A stretch of DNA of 60,516 bases, filler included, from Squatina squatina (taxonomy: Eukaryota), in the NCBI GenBank assembly GCA_031763465.1. It is 4 parts of 3 records of this genome, joined end to end, with 100 filler letters (N's around TTAATTAATTAA, not from the genome) between each part and the next. Parts side by side here need not be neighbours in the genome. Positions count along the whole stretch, not along the records: positions 44,241 to 60,516 come from JARFOE010000016.1; 3 more parts are not named here. The stretch is one strand, 5' to 3'. Below, one piece after another: positions 51,393 through 60,516 of the stretch. Numbering within the stretch: the stretch's first letter is position 1; each line of letters opens with the position of its first letter. The translations under genes and the position numbers were made by a program. The notes beneath the pieces were generated by a model. That model was given only the letters and a program-made list of their open reading frames with translations. It was not told where the DNA came from and did not search any database.

Positions 51393-51964
51393 NNNNNNNN
51401 NNNNNNNNNNNNNNNNNNNNNNNNNNNNNNNNNNNNNNNNNNNNNNNNNNNNNNNNNNNNNNNNNNNNNNNNNNNNNNNNNNNNNNNNNNNNGGGAGCAA
51501 ATTATCACAGAGCGTTTCAAGTACCGTGTTGTATGAATAGTTACACCTCCGGGCTGACCTACAAATGTAGTCTGAGGCCAACCTGCCACTCAGTACATTA
51601 GAATGTTACAGTTCGGTGTATGCAACAGGATCCGAGACTGATGGTTGGCGCCACAAAGGAACAAATTGTAAAATATCACGAGGCTGTTATTTGACAGCTT
51701 AATAAATGAAATGTCTCCCACTAATACACTGCAAATCACTCTGCTTTTCTTTTCATTTTAGGAGCTGCAGAGGAATTGCCTCACAATACAGAACAAAGCG
51801 AACACCATCTGTACAAGTTGCTTTACTTATTATTGCTAACTCTAATTTTTATCTGGATTGTAGGTCATGCAGTCTTAAATTCCAGCATTTAACCTTTCTG
51901 GGATTTAATGTAATTGAATTAGTTGGCAGGGTTTCCTTGGCTTTCAAACAAATTTATTATTGAA

Positions 51965-52217
51965 AGAAAGCACCTTTCATGTCCTTGGTATATCCTAAAA
52001 AGATTCACAGCGGATGAATTACTTTTTCAAGTGTTGTCATTATTGTAATGTAGGCAAACGCGCAACCAATTTGCGCACAGCAAGACCCCACAAACAGCAA
52101 TGAAATAAGTGATCAATTAATTATGATTTTTTGGGGGGATATCAGTCGAGGGAGAAATATTGGCCAGGACATTGGGAGAACTCCATGCTTTACTTCGAAT
52201 AGTGTCATGGCATCCTT
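51965..52217 (-). mobile_element. LF-SINE-like element fragment
   Basis: Reverse-complement match to the copy at 49639-49920. Confidence 0.7.
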
Positions 52218-52349
52218 NNNNNNNNNNNNNNNNNNNNNNNNNNNNNNNNNNNNNNNNNNNNNNNNNNNNNNNNNNNNNNNNNNNNNNNNNNNNNNNNNNN
52301 NNNNNNNNNNNNNNNNNGTAGCTGGGTTGACACAGCTACCTGAAATTTT

Positions 52350-52535
52350 CATTGGGGGTGGTTTTTCTGAACTACTGCCATAACTTTAGCAGAAGATTAT
52401 CGGAACTGCTGCAGAAATGGTATAAGTGGCTAAAAAATGGCCACTTATACCAATTCACCAGCGGTTCCACCAATCTACCATCAAAATTACAGCAGCAAAT
52501 CAGTGGAGCCCCAGCAGAAGTTTCAGGCAAATATT
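52350..52535. mobile_element. Hairpin-type MITE
   Basis: Perfect 13-bp inverted repeat TGGTATAAGTGGC (52418-52430) and GCCACTTATACCA (52440-52452), with imperfect extension outward. Confidence 0.5.
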
Positions 52536-53569
52536 TATCGCGTCTATGGACCTATTAATGGGTGACTCACTGGGATTAGGGAATGGGCCACAATGGTCTC
52601 TTCTGCTCTGGTACATCCCAATGTAATCAGCACCACATTTAACTCGCATATTTAACACACAGGGAAGTGTGTCCGGAGAAAATTAAACCTCATGGTGGGT
52701 TCCTCATCTTAGTTGTACCACTGTGAAGTGGTGAGATGATTCCCACCATTCAGTGAATGAAAACCAAAGGCACGGTCACCTATACAGCTCCGAGTGGATA
52801 CCTAAAACATATCACTGGGAAACCGCGTGGGAACTGGCTGTTGGTCTGTCCTCTTAGATGAGAAACAATGCACAGCAGACTAAAATAAAGAGGGGCCACT
52901 ATTTTTATAAATAGGGATAATACACACCAACAGGTTTGTTGGCTTAGGTTGCTAGGCATGAATCACAAAAAGGGGATAAGATGCTGCAGGATACTGTGGG
53001 ATTAAAAAAAGACAATTTAGTACGGAAATCTCCGCAGTTGCCATGTTTTTGCATGCGTGTGGGTGCCGAATAACAATTTCAGCATACATATCTCGTATTG
53101 AAAGAGCAATGTTACTAGATGTTTTGCACACACAATCCCGGTGGTGGGGGTGGGGGTAGCATTACTGCAGATCATGAAAACCTGCAGATTAGATTGAAAA
53201 CAGCTGAGTGCTTTCAAAGCAAAGAAAGCAATCAGATGCTATCAAGCTCAGATAGCTTGCTGCTGACCTAACAGCTGGAGGGAGTGCTCTCTTTAAAGGA
53301 TTGAAATTTGCAGGCAAAGCTAGCAACAGTTGATTACACTGCTGGTTTTTCCTTCCTTGCAGACATATATCTTGCACAATCACTATTGACTTATCTCTGT
53401 AATAACCCTTCCTGATTAAATTTCACTTTGAATAGCCACGAGGTGTAGCATTATTCTTCATGTTGCTATATTGTTGCAAACGTAATGGCGCTAGGCTCAG
53501 TACAGTGCCTGGTGCTGAGCAATAACACCTATGGCCTTAAAATAGCACGTGCTGCCTTTTTGTAAGTGA

Positions 53570-53850
53570 ATGTTACATTGCAATGCTTCTTCCCATATTG
53601 CAATGCTCCTTCCCACAATGCAGTGCCCCTTCCCACAGTGCAATGTCCCTTCCCACAGTGCATTGCCCCTTCCCACAGTGGAATCCCCCTTCCCACATTG
53701 CAATGCCCTTCCCGCATTGCAGTGCCACTTCTCGCAGTGTAGTGCCCCTTCCCACAGTGCAATGCCCCATTCTACATTGCAATGCTCCTTCCCACAGTGC
53801 ATTGCCCCAACCCACAATGCAGTGTCCCTTCCCAAAGTGCAATGCCCCAT
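53570..53850. repeat. 20-bp minisatellite (CTTCCCACAGTGCAATGCCC)
   Basis: About 14 degenerate tandem copies. Confidence 0.9.
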
Positions 53851-54081
53851 CTTAGTTTTAATTTTTAAACACCACTACCACCCCTCCCGCCCATGTGGTT
53901 GTTTTAAAATCAACCTCCATGTGTCATTAAAGTAATATAAAATACTTCTAGGTCATTGCAGTAATAATAATGTTTAATAAANNNNNNNNNNNNNNNNNNN
54001 NNNNNNNNNNNNNNNNNNNNNNNNNNNNNNNNNNNNNNNNNNNNNNNNNNNNNNNNNNNNNNNNNNNNNNNNNNNNNNNNN

Positions 54082-54755
54082 CCAGAATACGCCACAATAA
54101 TACAGCTGGGGCCTAACCAGTGTTTTGTACATGTTTAGCACTACTTCCTTGCTTTTGTACTCTATGCCTCTATTAATAAAGCCAACAATATAGTTCGTCT
54201 TTTTAACAGCCTTCTCAACTTGTCCTACCAGCTTCGAAGATTTGTGTACATACACCCCCAGGTCTCTGTTCCTGCACCCACTTTAAAATTGTGCCTGTTA
54301 GTTAATATTGCCTACAAAAATGAAGCACTTCACACGTCCCTGCGTTAAATTTCATCTGCCTATTTCACCAGTCTGTCTATGGCCTTGTGAAGTCTATTAC
54401 TGTCCTCCTCATTGTTTGTTGCATTTCCGAATTTTGTGTCATCTGCAAACTGAAATTATGCTGTGTACACCCAAGTCCAGGTCATTAATATATATCCGAA
54501 AGAGCAGTGGTCCCAACACCGACTCCTGGAGAGGCACCAATGCACACTTCCCTCCAGTCTATAAAAACAACCATTCACCACCACTGTTCTGTGCGTTCTG
54601 TCCCTTAGCTAATTTCGTATCCACGCAACCACTGTCCATTTAATCCCATGAACTTCAATTGTGCAAACAAGTCTATTATGTGACACTTTATCAAACACCT
54701 TCTGAAAGTCCATACACACAACATCAATCACACTGCCCTCACACACCCTCCTGGT
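54082..54755 (-). mobile_element. CR1 LINE ORF2 fragments
   Basis: DVVCMDFQKVFDKVSH and GFINRGIEYKSKEVVLNMYKTLVRPQLYYC on the minus strand. Confidence 0.85.
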
Positions 54756-54855
54756 NNNNNNNNNNNNNNNNNNNNNNNNNNNNNNNNNNNNNNNNNNNNN
54801 NNNNNNNNNNNNNNNNNNNNNNNNNNNNNNNNNNNNNNNNNNNNNNNNNNNNNNN

Positions 54856-56310
54856 CTTAAAAGAATTAATTTTAGTAAAGAAAAAGTACTTGAGAAATTA
54901 ATGAGACTAAAAGCCGACAAATCCCCTGGACTTGATGGCCTACACCCTCGGGTTTTAAAAGAGGTGGATGCATTAGTTTTGATCTTCCAGAACTCCCCAG
55001 ATTCTAAAACAGTACCCATGGATTGTAAAGTAGCAAATGTAACCCAGCTGTTCAAGAAAGGAGGGAGAGAGAAAAGAGGGAACTATAGACCAGTTAACCT
55101 GACATCAGTAGTCAAGAAAATGCTATAATTTATTGTTAAGGACGTGGGCATTTGAAAAAGCGCAGTATGATTAAACAGAGTCAACACTGTTTTATGAAAG
55201 GGAAATCATATTTGACAAATCTATCTTGTTGCACAAGGTTAGGGCTGATGGGATTGGGGTTAATATATTAGCATGGATCGAGGATTGGTTAACGGACAGA
55301 AAACTGAGAGTAGGAATAAATGGACCATTTTCGGGATGGCAGGGTGTAACTATTGGAGTGCTGCAAGGATCAGTACTTGGTCTCCGCTATTTACAATCTA
55401 TATCAATGACTTGGATAAGGGGACCTCCGGGTGTAATATATTCAAGTTTACTGACCGTGCAATGCTAGGTGTGAAAGTAAGCTGTGAGAAGAACACAGAG
55501 AGATATAGACCAGTTAAGTGCAGTGAAGTGTGAAATCTACTTTGGTAGGAAGAATAGAAAAATAGAATATTTTTTAAAAGGTGAGACTCGATAATCATAT
55601 TCAGTGTAATTTGGGGCTCCTTGTGCATGAATTACAGAAAGTTGATGTGCAGGTACAGCAAGCAATTGGGAAGGCAAATGGTATGCTCGCCGTTATGGGG
55701 TTGGAGTAGAACAGTGAGAAGTCTTGACATAATTATATAAGGCTTTGGTGAGAATACATGTGGAGTACCTTGAACAGATTTGGACTCCGTACCCAAGGAA
55801 GGATATACTTAGAGGGGCTGCAATAAAGGTTTACTAGATTGATTCCTGGGATGAGAGGGCTGTCCTGTGATGAGGATTGAGTAGAATGGGCCTATGCCCT
55901 CTGGATTTAGAAGAACGAGAGCTGATCTCATTGAAACGTATAAAAATCCTTAGAGGGCTTGACTGGGTAGATGCTGAGAGACTGTTGCCCCAGCTGGAGC
56001 ATCTAGAACCAGGGGTCATAGTCTGGGACAGGGGCTCGGCCATTTAGGATTGAGATGCGGAGAAATGTCTTCACTCAAAGGGTTGTGAATCTTTGGAATT
56101 CTCTACCCCGGAGAGCTGTGGATGATCAGTCAATGAGTACATTCAAGACTAAAATCGATAGACTTTTGGGCACGAAGGGAATCGAGGGATATGGGGATCA
56201 GGTGGAAAAGTGGAGTTGATGTAGAAGTTCAGCCATGATCTCATTAAATTGCAGAGCAGGCTCCATGGACTGTATGGCCTACTCCTGCTCCTAGTTCTTA
56301 TGTTCTGTTC
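54856..56310 (+). mobile_element. CR1 LINE, decayed ORF2 with 3' UTR
   Basis: KSPGLDGLHPRVLKE, GNYRPVNLTS, GVLQGSVLG and YINDLD motifs; 3' end ATGGCCTACTCCTGCTCCTAGTTCTTATGTTCT. Confidence 0.9.
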
Positions 56311-58593
56311 TGTGCATGAGCAATCAGACCCAGCTAAGAATAGTTAGGGTGAAATTTAAGGGGGCAGAATGCATTGGGAGAGAATGCGTGGAAAGGGAAT
56401 AATGGGGTAGTGGGAGAAGGGCGTGGATGTAAGAGGGAAGATTCGGTGTCAGTAAAGGGGAGAGGGAATGGTGAAAATAAAGAAGCGATGGGAGAAATCA
56501 GTGGTAATGAAGGGTGAGTAAAATGCATGGTAATAGTCAAGTGAGAAAATGGATGGTAAAGGGAATAGCGCATTGATAAGAAATTGAGAGAAATGGCTAA
56601 CAGCACTTCAGAAGGGGAAAAGAGGGGGGGAAACTGAGTGACGCGTGGGCAGGAAGGNNNNNNNNNNNNNNNNNNNNNNNNNNNNNNNNNNNNNNNNNNN
56701 NNNNNNNNNNNNNNNNNNNNNNNNNNNNNNNNNNNNNNNNNNNNNNNNNNNNNNNNNTCATCACAGGTTTGTTGGATCTGAATACAAACAGCAATACACC
56801 CACGCAATGGCTTCCGGTGAGATTAACATCTTTTCATCAAATGAAAGAATATTAAACTCATTACCATGCTATCTGCACATTATCATATTTCATTTATTTT
56901 ACAGACATTGGTCCTCTTGGGCTTTCGACTGCTTCATGAACAATGTGGGCATTTCAGTGACAACTCATGTGTATTACAGTTTCTGTTGTCATTGCTTTGA
57001 ACTGTGACTGTAAAATTACTACTGATGTCAATCAAATTATACAAAAATAATACTGGAAATATGACGTTATGGAAAATTACTACAGAGCAAAAAGAAAACC
57101 AAGGACTAAATTGTATCTACTATTAGTCTTTGGCTGTGTTAAAATCATAAACAGATTCATAACTAGAAGTCCCTTGTGGTGAATGCATGTTCCACTGTTC
57201 CATAGTACGACATTTCCAAATACTACTTTGCCATGCGACTTACAAATAAATATTTTATAAGCTATAATTTTCTAAATCTCTTAAAACCCTGGCTTTGAGG
57301 TCAGGTTTCTGCAATATTTAAATATAGCTTACAAGACTAATAGGTTAGATAATACACAATAACCTCATGTATTGGTTAATACCAGGTTTCTCACACTGCT
57401 CCTTCTGCGGCAAAGATAGAAAATACCATTTTAAGGTCTGGATGGCATATGAGAGGAGCTAACCCATCCTGATGTATCACTGGTTGCTCTAAAGGTGATG
57501 TGTTCTGTGTGATGATGATCTCTGCTGTTACAAAAGCCTAAAATGTTGCAAAGAAATGTACAGACAAACTTCTTAATGTCTAATCAGTGCTTTATCTGTT
57601 CTATCTATTCTATTCTGTTCAAATCCCTCCAAGCCCTTGTCCCATCCTGATCCCTACAGCCTCCTCCAGCCTTACAACCTTCCAAGAATTCTGCATTTCT
57701 CCAATTCTGGGAATTGAAATTCAGTAGTGNNNNNNNNNNNNNNNNNNNNNNNNNNNNNNNNNNNNNNNNNNNNNNNNNNNNNNNNNNNNNNNNNNNNNNN
57801 NNNNNNNNNNNNNNNNNNNNNNNNNNNNNGCATTAGAATTCAGTTCTCTTCAACTGAAATGAGAATCCATAAGCAAAAAAGCACCGCTTAGAGTGGTACA
57901 TTTTAATGTGGTGGCAGACATGCACAGATGCACAATTACATGCATTGACAGAAGGGGAATGGCAATGTAATGCTAGGTGGGCTTCACCTTGTATCTGACT
58001 TTTGCTGCAAATAATCTTGAAGTACTGCATGTCAGTGCAAAAGTATGGTATTTTTCCATCAATGGCATCCTTTAACCTCAACATACATTAAAAAAAATTC
58101 TATTTGAAAGCAACTGCATCGCCGGCGTAAGCATTCCTTCTGCACAAAAGGAACTATTGATAAACTATTCAAGTGCATTAGCTTGACTCCATATAAGAAA
58201 ACCCTTTGAAGTATTAATGTCTAAGCACAATGATTTACCATTGCCAGCTGCGCAATAGCATCACTTTGAATTAATATTGCAATTCAGGCTTATTTGTTTG
58301 CTTATTTTATACATCGGCTGTTCAATTTAATTAAAATGTCAATTTTGCTAAATAAGTGCAAGCAAGAGGCATGGGAGCCATAATTTCAGTGAAAGAGCTA
58401 ATGGAGACGAGGGTCGAAGTTAAGAACTGGTTACTATTGAAATTGAGAGAAATGGTGGTATGATGAGATTGAGCTGACTATCAGTGAAATAGGAACACCT
58501 CAGTGTAGCTTCAAAATGATCGCTAACACCGTCAGCAGCAGTAAAAGTGAGCTAACCCCATTGATGAATGCATCAGGTCCATTCTGCTCTCTC

Positions 58594-58862
58594 AAAGATA
58601 TCGTGGCACTATTCAAAGAAAAGAGCATTTGTTTTCCCTTGTCTCCTGGCCAATATTTTTCCCTCAACCAATACCACTAAAACAGATTGTCTGGTTGCTA
58701 TCATATTGCGATTTGTGGGACCTTACTGCGAATATGTGGAATGATGCATTTCCTACATTACAACAGTAACTACACTTCAAAAGTACTTCCTTGGCTGTGA
58801 AGAGCTTTCGGATGTCCTGAGCTTGTGAAAGGTGCTATATAAATGCAAGTCTTTCTTTCTTT
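58594..58862 (+). mobile_element. LF-SINE-like element, 3' part
   Basis: GGCACTATTCAAAGAA...CCTACATTACAACAG...AAAGGTGCTATATAAATGCAAGTCTTTCTTTC tail. Confidence 0.8.
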
Positions 58863-60148
58863 GGTTCTCCATTCTAAAGCCGCTCTCCTAGCTGAACCCT
58901 GGCCTGGGGCTTTTCCTAACAGGAGAGAGTTACGTGCGATACATGCCCATATGCGCGTGCATTATACATGTTGCAGGATCACACAGAATTAGCATGCAGT
59001 CTGGCTATAAAAACACAAGCGAAAAAGACATTGTGTATCATGTCAAGGTTGGCTCCACTCTTCACGAAGAAATTGAGAGACATTAGAGAGCGTATATCAT
59101 AGGCTTACAGTCTTTTCATTTCACACTTGAGCAGCCAAGCAGATAGTAACTCCAGTGGGAATAAAGTGGCTTGTAAATGTTATTAAGGTTGATGCTATGC
59201 CTCTGAAGTGTTATGGCTGGCTGTCCTGTGTCATATTTNNNNNNNNNNNNNNNNNNNNNNNNNNNNNNNNNNNNNNNNNNNNNNNNNNNNNNNNNNNNNN
59301 NNNNNNNNNNNNNNNNNNNNNNNNNNNNNNNNNNNNNNCATCACTCAGTGTACTGGCCACTACTGCTAGGCCCGACTGAGGATATGAAGCAGGAACTCCC
59401 ACCTTGGGGAGACCCTGGCCCCCGACTCCATCTCTTGGCTGCCATTTGCCTTGTATGCCCTCTCCTTTTACAAGGTACCCAGGAATTTCTCAGCAATGGC
59501 AGAGAACTAAATAATTTCAGGGCTGAAAAAGGCCGGGGAGGTTATCAAGGAGTTTTTGAAAGCTTGATCTGCTTTCCAGCTTTGAATAGCATTTCTCAGA
59601 ACACAGTGCTGTATGGTGACTACAATACAACCTCAGTCGCCATGTAATCACAGTGCCCTGGCATTTCTGCAGCTATGAAGCAATCGTCAGGCAGATGAGT
59701 AGATAGCCCTGGGGACTTGCACCACTAGCCATCAGGCGCTTCACAAATATTCAACCGACATCTCCATTAAGACATCTGACAAAATAAATTGCCTTTACTT
59801 CCCTGCACGGTGCATTTAGGAGAATTGTCAATACTGTTTGCAGTGCTTTCAATGGTGCGGCCAAGTGAGACTTAAGTGTTTGAAACACATCAGCCGTCAG
59901 TCCAATGACTGGCCTCATTCATCATACGCTGCGGACTCTCAACTGCCAATCCCTGATGTGGCATGAGGAACTCTGCTCCATCGGAGATTATTATTCCCTC
60001 GCACAAATCTTTAATTAATTAAAACTGAAACAGGCTAATGCAGATAATTTTGTTCACGCAGCTTCAAATTGCTGCAGAGTTTTTTTTTAATAGCTTACGG
60101 GCTTTCCGAACTTCACTTTCCTTTTTGACTTGCTGACTTTTCCCTGCT

Positions 60149-60162
60149 GTTTCCATGGCAAC
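60149..60162. promoter_or_regulatory. RFX X-box motif
   Basis: GTTTCCATGGCAAC matches the GTTNCCATGGNAAC consensus, in apparently unique sequence. Confidence 0.45.
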
Positions 60163-60516
60163 ATCGAGGGAGTTGGCAGAGCATCACAAAGGTTGTCGCC
60201 ATAACACTGGTCCTCTTTCATAATTAAGACGAGATATTTGTCAAAAGCTTAATGTAACGGCTGAAATGTAATAAACTACAACATGAATAGCCTAGTTATT
60301 ACTATGGAAGTAACCGTGTTCCGTTCTATTTCCATTTGCAAAGAATTCCATTCTTTGGCAGTTAATGTGGAATGTAGTGTTTGTACAGCAATCAATTAAA
60401 GAAATACTACTTTATAATATTTAGCCTTATTAGCAAAATGTATCATTTGCTCCCATTAACACCTTGGGAAGCTTCTACCAAATACCAAATCACAACATTA
60501 AACGTTTCTGAACGTA

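Noticed and set aside
53497-53935. Cys/His-rich ORFs resembling metal-binding repeats
   Set aside because: Translations of a 20-bp minisatellite.
60011-60022. TTAATTAATTAA outside an N gap, as a possible fourth linker
   Set aside because: Not flanked by Ns and embedded in continuous sequence, so it is most likely natural.

Overview
Vertebrate genomic DNA, most likely from a shark or other cartilaginous fish, judged from the repeat content (LF-SINE-like and Deu-domain SINEs, CR1/L2 LINEs, many Harbinger remnants). The assembly is highly fragmented: 100-N gaps occur every 1-2 kb. Three gaps contain the artificial six-frame-stop linker TTAATTAATTAA (15114, 30809, 44185), so the window is probably four concatenated blocks rather than one locus. 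Block 1 holds an internal AMMECR1 exon. Block 2 is mostly decayed Harbinger and LINE sequence. Block 3 holds the terminal exon of a divergent GFI1-family zinc-finger gene, a large fragment of an LRRC8E-like coding exon, a 2.56-kb phase-locked 7-bp satellite and three EVI5L exons. Block 4 holds the RCC1L terminal exon, LINEs and possible enhancers. The best lead is block 3: a GFI1-family gene that matches neither GFI1 nor GFI1B, lying with EVI5L and LRRC8E, which suggests a third GFI1 ohnologue absent from mammals. The linkage crosses unsized gaps and needs confirmation. All comparisons with human proteins are from memory, not from database searches.
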